Part shown: positions 45,501-55,972 of the stretch, piece by piece
Numbering within the stretch: position 1 is the first letter of the stretch
How the letters are laid out: the number at the start of each line of letters is the position of its first letter
Source: Neophaeotheca triangularis
Lineage: Eukaryota
Assembly (NCBI GenBank): GCA_054600435.1
Contig: BAAIJX010000007.1
Coordinates: forward strand, 434,001-498,000
Direction: 5' to 3'
DNA: 64,000 nt
Program-made: the position numbers and the translations under genes
Notes under the pieces: model-generated
Database searches by the model: none
What the model was told of the DNA's origin: nothing
Seen by the model: only the letters and a program-made list of their open reading frames with translations

Positions 45501-45671
45501 TCCCAGCTGATCATCTATAGGTTTTTGTGAGTCCCATGCCCAGTCAAAGTCATCAAACTCATGCCCTGTGTAGAATGGCGGTGTCGTACTGTCCCTCTTG
45601 GAAGTTCTCTCGTGAGAAGCAAGGTCCGCCAACTCTCGCAGTCGCTGCGTATTTATTGACAAAGGTTCCAT
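42576..45671 (-). CDS. Large hypothetical protein with ING-type PHD finger
   Basis: 1031-aa intronless ORF containing CSCHQPDSGEMVQCSNETCTCGWYHVSCVKQENPKQEGWLCSLC; otherwise low complexity. Confidence 0.78.
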   Translation of the reverse strand: MEPLSINTQRLRELADLASHERTSKRDSTTPPFYTGHEFDDFDWAWDSQKPIDDQLGHHTTNGDGEISKEDGEDSSVDGSVHVDTDHDEVYLKNPGPGSYTKIMEDDGPLPACVAEMLQKIRLREEQGSSAPEYSGWCCQPKRSKGPGSDVDEDEEHHLEKYDQGLRSVMREIKQGIRRGDPLVLEFSGREGSVCGFPDFRSKSHRIPAGCYYVTIGTVEGQSKFARMFCLRCLEIIWNGQGMIGEVPSPSPTITDHQAIPGEVEKLTEGIPSISGIDGAADSAEEQSDEGGDGPDGKDELGYWFRDEVLASAAKCGEHRKASGTDTGISQDTDISSRAKESLTDTSSSDSSSIARMSKRKATIHPTSALAPLGGLSPQGLLAFNGVQNVQSTSAQPLGGGKIRVEPSVSPTHPEPRRSIRLKSSNAMASPKVDKDADPLAIDPTQKLDRKKATTDNYAAKVAKTEAKVSNMNTKRNELLKSLEPGQKVPVKNLRNAAGKTVNTLFRPHVSKDVFGVPYTDLLEEPPTPGFHQSALQEFPPPSNLSTMSPTLQYGEIPSNMRQSAAKSPLLPSSCSCHQPDSGEMVQCSNETCTCGWYHVSCVKQENPKQEGWLCSLCKPETKTKSGPSATMKALADEIFKPPYAGKSVYGFDQPMSDWFKPAIGSEKEVQGSPVQQTQPKRNDSSFDMPLNSPKYLPSQLLQSWSADGKQTSAKQASVKGNSNKPETVQQTAKDNDGAKGVTGTQQKLNEPLEVIAVGSGDEQGSVRDSMLEFGKSTSPADEGVVAGTDLASDDGLAAPNSNPFTMQLDGAFDEPSPVKKSSTTLRPISRTLQQLDGPDDSVPQDAPITESTRCSELSAYAETFIPNPKPYETYQPQPQLASQYHNYEPLYPAYAPPAFAPSYAQPAFASAYTLAPRPSYPYAGTWSTTPRFTPTMAAPAPVSRLRAAFIPPTRSTRQRTTRFQHLSRFMKPGSTLNAQDKAVLALWKVQTQEMGWEGEKGYWVKKAGLEGAEWEGKDLLELLEMVKGEV

Positions 45672-46527
45672 CGTTGGTCGCGATGTCAGTGGTGTGTTGA
45701 TGCGTGCTTGCGGCTTGCGCTGTGGTGCAAAAGGTTGGAAGTCCTAGAGCGTAAGTTGGGGAGGAGGAAAGTAGAGAGGTTACCAAATACACGCGGCGTG
45801 AGGTTGAAGCCACGGACAGTTGTGCACATAAGCTCGTGTGGTCGCAGCAACACATTGTCTTGGCGCTGCAGCTTAGGGAGACCCCCCCCCCCCTCCTTTT
45901 GCTGGAGACTGGCAGCCTGAAACACTTACACGAAAGTTCTAGCACAGCTTTCGGCTAACAAATGACTTCAGCTCTCTTTGGATTGTTGCAGAGCGATGCA
46001 CAAGCATACATTGAAGGATAAGATCGGCAGGTTGAGCTCGAGAAACTTATTCTCTGAGGGCAGTAGAACGGGCAAGTCGGGCTATCAGAACATTAATAGC
46101 GGACATGAGCAGAATCAGAGTTGTGATCGCCTAAAGAGAGCGTCGTTGGTTTATGATATACTGTTGCAGCGTCAGAATGGGATGTTGGAAAGGTCGTTCT
46201 ATGTGGCCAGTACCATGTGGGAGCTGAAAAGACTCACGACAGCTTTAGCCATTTGAGAAAGAATTTAAATGAAAGATTTATAAGAGGCAAGCATCGTATG
46301 CTGGCAAGCCTTGACGGTTATCATCCAGTATGAGCGCAACGAACAAAACAAATCTCGCGATTGTCATTTATGGGGTTGGTGCTGTCGCCGATGTACATGC
46401 AGGAGAATTGAGATGGAACGAAGCGCAGGCATAGTCTATCTTAGTCAAAAGATGTCTCCACGTGATAGCATGAAACTATGCCGAATACATTTGATGTGCT
46501 GTACATAGAGAGCTTAAGAGGTCGGAC

Positions 46528-46562
46528 GAGGTGAGGTGAGGTGAGGTGAAGTGAGGTGAGGT
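46528..46562. repeat. (GAGGT)7 pentamer microsatellite
   Basis: gaggtgaggtgaggtgaggtgaagtgaggtgaggt. Confidence 0.85.
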
Positions 46563-46975
46563 CGGTCGGAGGACCTTTCAGATTAAAGCCGACACGGAGA
46601 TCGGTCGGAGCGTTGCCAAGGCGATGATCTTGTTAAGTGCAGGTGCGTCGTGCCAGGGTGTGATGACTGATGAGTAGTGAGAAGAGAAGTCTCGCCACTT
46701 TGGATTGCAAAAGGCAACAGCGCCGAGGGGGAACAGGAGAGGCCTTTCCTTCGCAGCCACCGCTCAATAATACAAACATACCGCCTCCTTCCTCACCTAG
46801 GTATCTACCTACCTTATCTCCTCTCCTACTTTCGCTGCACTACGCTCCTTTTCACCACCAAAGCAGCTCTACCACCATAACTACTGTTTGCTCCCCGATT
46901 GCACCACGATACCACGAAATTGCGCTACGACCAACCAACAAGCCCTACTTCCTCACTTCCCACTCGTCCAGCATT

Positions 46976-48211
46976 ATGCCTGGCCGCATCCTACCGACTA
47001 TCCCCTCACATGAGGTCGCCGCCCACAAAGACGCAAAGTCATGCTACGTTACTGTCGGCACCAAGGTCTACGACATTACGCCATTCCTCGAGGACCACCC
47101 AGGTGGGGGTGATCTGATTCTTCAATATGCCGGTCAGGACGTCAAGGAATCGATGGAAGATGAAATTTCGCACGCGCACAGCGAAGCCGCGTGGGAGATA
47201 CTGGACGAACATTTGATCGGGTTCGTTGCGACGGAAAAGGTCATGGATGCTGTGAAGGAGGGCGAAGACCCTTTCGCCGTGTTGCCGTTGGAACCCGGTG
47301 AGAAGGGAATGAAGGAGCTGTCTGAGTCTCGAAACGGTGCAGTACATGATGTAGAAGCAAGGAATGAGGTCTCGCATTTTGGAAAGGAGCAATCGGACAA
47401 GGCTGTCTACGCATCGACGGGCATGTCCAGCGAAGAAGACCTCTCCAAAGAGACAGATCCTACAAATGACTATCGCCGGCACAAGTTCCTGGATCTCAAC
47501 CGGCCTTTGCTTATGCAAGTGTGGAACGGCGGCTTCTCGAAGGACTTCTACCTCGAACAAGTCCATCGCCCACGTCATTATCGCGGCGGAGACTCAGCAC
47601 CATTGTTCGGCAACTTCCTCGAGCCTCTCAGCAAGACACCATGGTTCGTTGTACCGATAGTTTGGTTGCCTTGCGTCGCTTACGGCACCTTGCTCGCAGC
47701 GCAGCAACTCCCGGCACTGGCCACGACAGCATACTGGATTCTTGGGCTGGGCATCTGGACGATTGTCGAGTATGGCCTTCATCGTTGCCTTTTCCACATT
47801 GACACCTACCTTCCTGATAACCGTGCAGCCCTTACGGCTCACTTCCTGCTACATGGCATCCACCACTACCTGCCAATGGACCGCCTGCGCCTCGTCATGC
47901 CACCGACGCTCTTCCTAGCCCTTGCCACGCCCTTCTGGAAGCTCGCGCACACCGTCTTCTTCTACAATTGGTACGCCGCCACTGCGGTGTTTTGCGGAGG
48001 CATCTTTGGTTACGTCTGCTACGACCTCACTCACTACTTCCTGCACCACAAGACGCTCCCAGCGTACTGGAGAGAACTCAAGAAGTACCATCTCCAGCAC
48101 CACTTTGCAGACTACGAGAATGGGTTTGGTGTGACCAGCAGGTTCTGGGACCGCATCTTCGGCACTGAGCTGCCCCCACCTCCGCAACCCAAGGTGCTGA
48201 AGTCGCCTTGA
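46976..48211 (+). CDS. SCS7: Sphingolipid fatty acid alpha-hydroxylase (cytochrome b5 + fatty acid hydroxylase domain)
   Basis: Cyt-b5 HPGG, QVHRPRHY, FLEPLSKTPW, His boxes EYGLHR/HGIHHYLPMD/HYFLHH/HLQHHF and GFGVTSRFWD; ATG 46976 (MPGRILP). Confidence 0.94.
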   Translation: MPGRILPTIPSHEVAAHKDAKSCYVTVGTKVYDITPFLEDHPGGGDLILQYAGQDVKESMEDEISHAHSEAAWEILDEHLIGFVATEKVMDAVKEGEDPFAVLPLEPGEKGMKELSESRNGAVHDVEARNEVSHFGKEQSDKAVYASTGMSSEEDLSKETDPTNDYRRHKFLDLNRPLLMQVWNGGFSKDFYLEQVHRPRHYRGGDSAPLFGNFLEPLSKTPWFVVPIVWLPCVAYGTLLAAQQLPALATTAYWILGLGIWTIVEYGLHRCLFHIDTYLPDNRAALTAHFLLHGIHHYLPMDRLRLVMPPTLFLALATPFWKLAHTVFFYNWYAATAVFCGGIFGYVCYDLTHYFLHHKTLPAYWRELKKYHLQHHFADYENGFGVTSRFWDRIFGTELPPPPQPKVLKSP

Positions 48212-49278
48212 GCAATGGGCTGCCGTCGACATAGGGTGTGATGTATGTTTTCAGGTTCAAGAAGCATAGTGTGCGGCGTTGACAAGGGACATACGAGCGG
48301 TCTCCAGTGTACATCAATTGTGGAGCGTAAATACCTTTAAGAACTAATGCATAATGGCAGAGATCTCTACCTATGGCTTTCGAGCATGCTGCAACTTACC
48401 TAGGTGTTCTACCGGATGATGCAACGTCAATTATGACTTCAAGCTCTTTTGCTACCATTCCGCTGTCTCTTGCCAGCCACAAACACTTCAATAAGTGCAA
48501 ATGGTGGCCTTCTCCCGCATTCCCTCTCCCCGTTCTCGCGTACTTAACTTCTCTGACCAAGTCACGGAGTCGCCATTCCATTCCACCCTCTATGTCCCCC
48601 ACCACAGCTTTTCAACTTTTCCATTTTAATAATCCCGGAGCTATACTTGGTAAATCGTTTCCCGTTCCTGATTCTAGACGGCTCAAGCACAGCAACTGGG
48701 GTATTTCCCCTCAAATCAAGACAGCCACAAACCTTGGCTTTCTGTACGTCGCTATTGGAGGAGCACGACAACCTTCAAGTTCCACCAGTGATTTGTGTGC
48801 ATTGAGACCTCACCGAAGCCTCACGGAGGCATACTATGCATTGATGCATGCCACACCATAGATGCATATACAGCGATCGCTCTGGAGCATGCAGGCGGTA
48901 TGGTCTGGGGCCCCGCACAGCCATCGCAGCTTCGTTGTCGACTCCGTCAAGCACACGATGTTCCGTCCGAAACCTACTGTATGCTCGACTTGCATGCGTA
49001 ACGGCGACCTGCACGCAATATGCTTCGTGTGATAGGTACATGGAGTCGATGGCATAGTTCTCCCGTCTTGGTCGGCGGGAGAAACTCACTCACGGTATGC
49101 GTTGCGATCATTGACGAATGTTCCGTGCTTCGGAGCCACGGTTCGATACGAATGGTGCAGCTGGCGTTGGGTCAGACGGCATGAAAAAGAGACACATAAA
49201 TGCAAGATTCCCAACTTCATTGATGTGAGAACGACCTCACTCCCGTTCAACAGACCCATCTTTCCAGTCGCAAGCAAG

Positions 49279-50375
49279 ATGAAGCTCTCCTTCGCTCTTC
49301 TCGGAGCTTTTGCTCTGCAAGCTATTGCTTCTCCTACCATCCCATTTGGTCACCCTAATCTGGGCAAGGCGGACTATCGACTCGTCGGCTACGGCAAAGA
49401 CAACCCCATCGGTCCCACAACCGGCGGTTACGACCGCAAGGGCACCTTCGTCTACGTCTCTACGCCAGAAGCGCTTGCAGCAGAGGTCAGAGGCAACGAT
49501 CCCAAGACCATCTACGTCAAGGGCACGATCGACCTGCCAGCTCGCATCCGCCCGGGCAGCAACAAGTCCATCATCGGAGTAGGGAGAAACGCCAGAATCA
49601 CCAGCAACGGAATCACCGTGATCCACCAGAGCAACGTGATTATTCGGAACATTGCCATCGTCAAAGTAGACGACGACGCCATCACGCTCCAAAACACCAC
49701 ACGTGTCTGGGTCGACCACTGCGAGTTCGAAAGCGAGTTCTCAGTCGAGATCGGCCCGGACTTTTACGATGGCCAACTCGACATCGTCCGCGCGAGCGAC
49801 TGGATCACCGTGTCCTGGAACTACTTCCACGACCACTGGAAGTCCTCTCTTGTCGGCAACTCGGACGCGCTGCGCGAAGTCGACGAGGGCAAATTCCACA
49901 TCACCTACCACCATAACTTCTGGCGCAACGAGGGCACGCGTGGTCCGGCCGGCCGCTTCGGTTTCCAGCACATCTACAACAACTACTACGAGGACTTCCG
50001 CTACCAGGCCATCCACTCCCGCAGTGACAACCAAATGCTCGTCGAGGGCAACGTCTTCCGTGGCGATACTCGTGAAGCGCTTTCCACTTACGGCTTGGTC
50101 ATTCCCGAGGACTCGCCCAACACTAGCCCGGACGGCGATTTCGAGATTGATGGCTTTGTCAATCTTGGTGCTAGTAAGTCACACCGGCGTTTCGAAGTCA
50201 ACGAGGAGTCGTCGCTAACCGCTTCATCACTATAACAGAGAACGACTGGGGCAATGCGGGTGTCAATATCACTCAAATCGGCACATTCACCAAAGTTCCG
50301 TACAAGTACAAGCTTACTCCCCTAAAGCGTGTCCCTCAAGTTGTTAAGAAGGGCGCTGGTGTTGGCAAGATATAG
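49279..50375 (+). CDS. Secreted pectate lyase (PL1)
   Basis: Signal peptide MKLSFALLGAFALQAIA; GSNKSIIG, NVIIRN, DAITL, VWVDH, DGQLDI and RGPAGRFG; intron 50174-50238. Confidence 0.92.
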
Positions 50376-50666
50376 GAGGAAGTGGTATGAAGGCTTCGCG
50401 GATGATCAATGATATTTACTTCGTGTCTGTAGTATTCTTAGCAAAGTCTCGCAAAGTTAAGAAACTTGGTGAATTTGCTGTCCATTGACTGTCCCAACCA
50501 CCCAACCTAGTGCTTTGATATTTCTGCGCACGGACCGCTGAAGCTGGACCCTGATGCATTTGTAGCAGGTCCAACGTCTAGCCGCGGATTACCTCTACGA
50601 GCTCCAGGACAACACCCACGGGACTTATCGACACTGAGGCAGCCTTGAAGCGGCCGTCTTACCAAC

Positions 50667-52104
50667 ATGGCCAACCAAGATCCTTCCGCGCCTCACGGGC
50701 ACCCACCGACCGATCCATATGCGAACTGGCGCGAATCCGTCCTCTCCACCCGATCACTCTCCTACCTTTCCACCATCACCGACCTGCCTGGCTTTGACCG
50801 CTCACGCCAAGGCAGCCTTGCACAATCACATCACCCTACACGCAGAAACACCCTCACCTCAGAGTCCGACTACGATCTCGAAATGCCGGCGAATGAGCCG
50901 AAGCGCAAAGGCAGCGCGCGGGACATGTCAGACATACCAGTTACCCGAGAGTGTAGCAGATTCACCTCTCTTCATCCTACCGCGCGAGATTCGCGACCGT
51001 ATCTACAGCTTCTGCCTCACGGCCGAACCGGACACCAACACCTCGCCCGCCTTCCCACGCATGATCGGTTGGCCGAACCCCTCCTCCGCCATCCTCACTA
51101 ACACGCCAGTAGACAAGCTACCGGCTCCCTTCAGACTCCAACCCCAGCTCCTCCGCACCTGCCATATCATCTACGCCGAAGCCGCCCGCCTGCTCTACAC
51201 CCTCAACTACTTCTCCTTTGACCACCCATCAGATGCCAACATCTTTGCCCGCGCTCTCGCTTCTCCCCACCACACCTCGCACATCACAAAACTAGTCCTG
51301 CAACTCAAAGCAGGCGACCTCAGACTCTGGATGCCCTACATCACGTCCGCAGACCCGGTCCGTAGTCTCAAAGCTGACTTCCCTAGGCTTAAGGAGCTCT
51401 GGGTGCGGCAAAGAAGCAGTCATTGGAGCCAGAACACCCCCATGGAGGTCAGTCTAAGTACCTGGGATGAGGACTGCAAGCTGAATGAGATCATGGACGG
51501 TTTGCGGCACGTATACCTCACGCCGCCAGGTGAAGGGCACGTGGGGCCTGTGGAAGAGCTGGAAGAGTTTGAGCGTTATGTCTCGCGTAACCCTGGTGTG
51601 ATCAGGATCGATTCAGAGGTGGATTTCAAGAAGCAGCTGTTGGAGTTCCAGAAGGCAAAGTATGCGTGGAAGTTGAAGGAGAATCCCGCGCTCGTGCCGC
51701 CCATTGTCAAGGTCATAAGCGTGGCTCGCATTTCGTCGGCTCAGGATAGCGTGTTGACGGGCGTCGATCCGGCAGCAGGCCAGACGCAGGCCCCCAACCA
51801 GCACGCTCAAGCTCACGACCCTTTTCTGCATCATGCCGTCCCGGCCGCTACTACCTTGGGCTCGGCGCAAGAAACTTATCCACGACGCAACGCGCCGGCG
51901 CCGCTTCAAACCCCTCGGCCGCTTCCCGAGGGCTCGAGGTACAGGGGTTTTTCGGCTATTGACTTGGTGCACGGCCACAAGGCGGTCATTGAGGAGGACA
52001 AAGGGCTGACGACGCGGATTTATAGGACGCCTTTTGCCAGTAAGGATGGTATCTTGCTTGCTCTGGAGGTCTATTGCTTTTACGGGCCTAGGACGCGATC
52101 GTAG
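50667..52104 (+). CDS. Fungal hypothetical protein with F-box-like SPLFILPREIRDRIY motif; apparent +1 frameshift near 50950
   Basis: Frame of ORF 50719 carries SPLFILPREIRDRIYSFCL...LQPQLLRTCHIIYAEAARLLYTLNYFSF; the protein-like N-terminus (ATG 50667, strong context AACATGG) is in another frame with no intron between. Confidence 0.65.
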
Positions 52105-52959
52105 ATGAGGATTGGTGGGAATGGGGAAATCGGAGGCATGGTGGGGTTCCTACGGCCGCATTTTTGCTGAGGCTTTATGATTGCTTGCGGAACTAGGCTG
52201 GGGCTGTCTGGCTGGCTGAACGCGTTGCGTGAGGTACCGCGCCCGAGTATGGACAGCAGTGCAACGAGGTCGGGAGAAGGTGTGGTGGTGGTCGGCAATG
52301 AGGTTACTTTTCAATGCTATAGTTCGATACCCCCGTTACGAAATGCATGATCATGGCTTAGCGTCTACGTTTTTGCGGTCTTTTGCTATGAGATAATCAG
52401 AAGGTGTAGCAGGTTGTCCAGGAACATGGCCAATACTTGTCTGTCAAGCACAAAGGACTGTTCACATACGCTTCTACCCGCTTCAGATGCCTTACTCGCA
52501 TCATTCGCCCTAATTATAGCACATAACGCTGTACCCATTGCCATTGCAATTCCCAAGACATCTGCTATGTTGGGAACAGCCTCATCGTCGCCGGCTAGGG
52601 ACACACTTAGGGTCAGAGTTTGCCTGCGATGAGCTCTACGCCGTTTGGCTGGCTGTCTTTGACGCTAGTGGCCGGCTGTGCGACTGCGGGCCAAAGCGCG
52701 ATTGCTATCTGAAGACTTTTTGGGAACGACATTGATCTTTTCAACGTCTTCTTGTTGAACATACTCACTTTGAAGATACGGCATTGACAAAAACTTTGCT
52801 GTCCCGAGAGACCTACCATAGAATTATCAGAACGGTTTATCAATCGACGACGAAGTCCGTCCTTCGAAGTAGAATCGAAGTTTCGCACACAATCCCGCTT
52901 CACTTTTGTCCAGGAACCTCGTACCTTCCTAAAGTGAGAACTTCTGACGTAACCCCACA

Positions 52960-55635
52960 ATGTCCGACACAGAGGAGAACCCGCGCAAACGCCAGCGCCT
53001 CGACACGGCCAACACGACAGCCACCAACACAGGCGAAGACACCAACATGACGGAACCATCAGAGCCAACCGCCACCAAGGCGCAGCCACCCGCACCTCAA
53101 GAACCAGCCATGTCGCAATCCCAGCAGGAACAGGCCGTAGGCATCACCGCCTACGCTTCTCCAGACGCGCCCGGGTTCGGCTGCGTGGTCAAGCAGCGCT
53201 ACACCGACTTCCTGGTCAATGAGATCTTACCTAGTGGCGAGGTCTTGCATTTGGTCGACACTGGCGATACGCGCAAGTTTCAGGGCAAGGATGTCAAGGC
53301 GAAGGATGGGGATGTTCGGGCTGCGAGCAAGGCGGAGTTTAAGAATGAGGGCGCGCAGGCTGGGGCGGCTATGCCTGCTGAGGCGAGTGCTGGGGCTGTG
53401 GTGGATGGGAAGGGAGAGGCGGAGGCGGCGATCCCTCAGCTTGGCGGCGCTGGTGATTCTAAGCCTGTGAAGGAGGCCGAGGTGCCGGTTGTCCAGCAAG
53501 CAACTGCTGCCCCTACAGAGGCGGAATCTTCTGAACCCTCGGCGACAGCCAGCAACGGGCAGATAGACGCTTCTATCGCAGATTCCGGCGTTGCAGAGGA
53601 CACAGCAGCTTCGGCTGCGGCCCCACCTGCCGGTATGCACCCCAGCAGAGCCCAGGCGATCAAGCAAGGAGACTCGGACGCGAAGAAGGCCAGACTGGAA
53701 GCGCTCAAAAGCATCACCAACGAAGATCGCGACGTGCTAATTGGTATCTTTGGTGAGATTACGACGGAGGAGATCATCGGCTTATATGGCACCATCATGG
53801 GTAACCCAGGCAAAAAGCCCAGAGACTACCCTTCGGTCAAATCAGAAGTCATCTCCGACAAAGCAAAGCGCACGGAAGCTCACGTTGCCTGTCGCCGCAT
53901 CTTTAACTCCAAGCTTGAGACTGCCATGGTACAAGACTCACCAGGCACCCTCAACATCAAAGCAGCTCCTGCGAAGGGCAACGACTATCACCGCAGCAGC
54001 CGAGTCAATACTCCCAAGGATGGTCCGGTCAAGAAAGGAAAGCTCGGATGGCAGGATCTCGGCGGAGAATATCTTCACTTCACGCTATACAAGGAAAACA
54101 AAGACACCATGGAGATACTCTACTTCATTGGCTCGCAGCTCAAAGTTCCGGCCAAGAATTTCCAATTTGCTGGCACGAAGGACAGACGTGGTGTCACTGT
54201 GCAAAGGGTGTGCATCTTCCGTGTACACGCTGATCGAATTGCAAGGCTCAACAGGGGCTCTCGCGGTTGGAAGTGTGGAGGATTCGAGTACAAACAGCAC
54301 GGTCTCGACTTGGGTGAGCTTACCGGTAACGAGTTTACCATCACTCTCCGCAACTGCTGCTTCCACGGCGAAGATGATATGAGCCATGACCAGCGTCTTG
54401 ATCTGGCTAAAAGCGCGGTGTCCAAGGCTGCGACTAGCTTCCAAAGCACGGGCTTTTTGAATTACTACGGCCTGCAGCGCTTCGGATCCTTCACAATAGG
54501 CACTCACACCACTGGTTTGAAGATGCTCCAAGGAAAGCTTGAAGCCGCTGTCGACTCCATCCTCACGTACAGCGATGAGTTCCTCCCCGAAAACCAAGAT
54601 CCGACCAATGAGAACAAAGTCCCTGGTGACGATATCAGCCGTGCGGATGCCATTCGGGACTTTAGATCTTCTGGGAAGGCGGGCTATGCTCTTGACCACT
54701 TGCCCAAACGCTTCCAGGCCGAGTCTGCTCTGATCAAATACCTCGGCCACAAGGACCGCAACACCGGCAACAGAACTCAAGCGAGCGACTTCCAGGGTGC
54801 TTTGATGTGTATCAATCGTCCCCTGAGGCTGATGTACGTCCACGCCTACCAGAGTCTCGTCTTCAACACTGTCGCTGCGAAGAGGTGGGACTTATTCGGA
54901 GACAAAGTTGTCGAAGGCGATCTCGTCGTTGTGGGTACGAAAGAGGACAAGTCCGCCGAAGACAAGGCTCCGACTGAAGAAGTCGACGAGAGCGGCGAGC
55001 CCATCGTACGCCCTTCGGAAGAAGACGTCGCAGGGGAGGACAAGTTCACACGTGCCCGCGCTCTCAGCAAAGAGGAGGCCGAGAGCGGTCGCTTCGACAT
55101 CTTCGACATTGTCCTCCCGCTTCCAGGTTGGGACGTTACATACCCCGCCAACGAGCTCGGCAAATTCTATGAGGAGTTCATGGCTTCCGATGCTGGCGGC
55201 GGTCTCGACCCGCACAACATGCGTCGCGCGTGGAAGGATGTCTCCCTAAGCGGCGACTACCGCAAGATGATGGCCAAGCCGGGCAAGGGTTTCAGCTGCG
55301 AGGTCAAGGAGTATGTAGATGACTCCGAGCAGATGGTCGAGACGGATCTCGAGAAGCTACAACGTCCGTGGCAGCAGTGGAAAAACTTCCAGACTACCGA
55401 GAAGGCCGAGTTTGCTGCTGAAGATGCCGCAGCGGAGGCAATCAAGAACGGCGAGGTTGCCGTGCAGGAACCCGGCAAGACTGAGGAATCCAAGGTGAAT
55501 AGTAAGGACAAGAAGATTGGGGTCGTCGTCAAGATGCAGCTCGGCAGCAGCCAGTATGCAACCATGGCGCTGCGCGAGCTGTGCAAGGGAGGTGCTGGTG
55601 CTTACAAACCTGAGTGGTCTGGGAAGCGCAACTAG
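52960..55635 (+). CDS. PUS7: Pseudouridine synthase TruD/Pus7
   Basis: KQRYTDFLVNEI, FTLYKENKDT, FAGTKDRRGVTVQ, LGELTGNEFTITLR, GFLNYYGLQRFG, MYVHAYQS and YATMALRE. Confidence 0.95.
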   Translation: MSDTEENPRKRQRLDTANTTATNTGEDTNMTEPSEPTATKAQPPAPQEPAMSQSQQEQAVGITAYASPDAPGFGCVVKQRYTDFLVNEILPSGEVLHLVDTGDTRKFQGKDVKAKDGDVRAASKAEFKNEGAQAGAAMPAEASAGAVVDGKGEAEAAIPQLGGAGDSKPVKEAEVPVVQQATAAPTEAESSEPSATASNGQIDASIADSGVAEDTAASAAAPPAGMHPSRAQAIKQGDSDAKKARLEALKSITNEDRDVLIGIFGEITTEEIIGLYGTIMGNPGKKPRDYPSVKSEVISDKAKRTEAHVACRRIFNSKLETAMVQDSPGTLNIKAAPAKGNDYHRSSRVNTPKDGPVKKGKLGWQDLGGEYLHFTLYKENKDTMEILYFIGSQLKVPAKNFQFAGTKDRRGVTVQRVCIFRVHADRIARLNRGSRGWKCGGFEYKQHGLDLGELTGNEFTITLRNCCFHGEDDMSHDQRLDLAKSAVSKAATSFQSTGFLNYYGLQRFGSFTIGTHTTGLKMLQGKLEAAVDSILTYSDEFLPENQDPTNENKVPGDDISRADAIRDFRSSGKAGYALDHLPKRFQAESALIKYLGHKDRNTGNRTQASDFQGALMCINRPLRLMYVHAYQSLVFNTVAAKRWDLFGDKVVEGDLVVVGTKEDKSAEDKAPTEEVDESGEPIVRPSEEDVAGEDKFTRARALSKEEAESGRFDIFDIVLPLPGWDVTYPANELGKFYEEFMASDAGGGLDPHNMRRAWKDVSLSGDYRKMMAKPGKGFSCEVKEYVDDSEQMVETDLEKLQRPWQQWKNFQTTEKAEFAAEDAAAEAIKNGEVAVQEPGKTEESKVNSKDKKIGVVVKMQLGSSQYATMALRELCKGGAGAYKPEWSGKRN

Positions 55636-55972
55636 TTTGCGAGCGAGATATCACGAGCAGACTGGACAGTCACCCCTCGCGAGTCTACGTCGCGGCTAGT
55701 CTAGCGTGGATGGCTATGGAGTAGTTAGCTACTGTATCACACGAGTTAACAGCCAAAAGATTCTCAACTTACCATAACGTTTTTGAGGTCGATATAAGCT
55801 CGGCAGTACGAAGCTCCAGTCCAACGACAGACCCACTTTCTCCGCATTTGTGGTACAACCTCACCTCTCCAGATCAAGAGTCTCACTCCATTCCCTCTCT
55901 TCACCGTGACTATTATAATAATTCCCACCTCCCTCCCGAGTTTGATTCGCCACCCCACACGTGCCTCTCACA

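Noticed and set aside
46670..46975. In-frame 102-codon extension of SCS7 from ATG 46670
   Set aside because: The ATG lies upstream of the pyrimidine-rich promoter-like tract, its context is weak, and the peptide has no targeting features; the family normally starts at MPGR.
49102..49278. Upstream in-frame TTG extension of pectate lyase
   Set aside because: It would bury a clear signal peptide; ATG 49279 has good context.
52322..52335. GTTCGATACC tRNA T-loop-like motif
   Set aside because: No T stem, D arm or acceptor stem around it.
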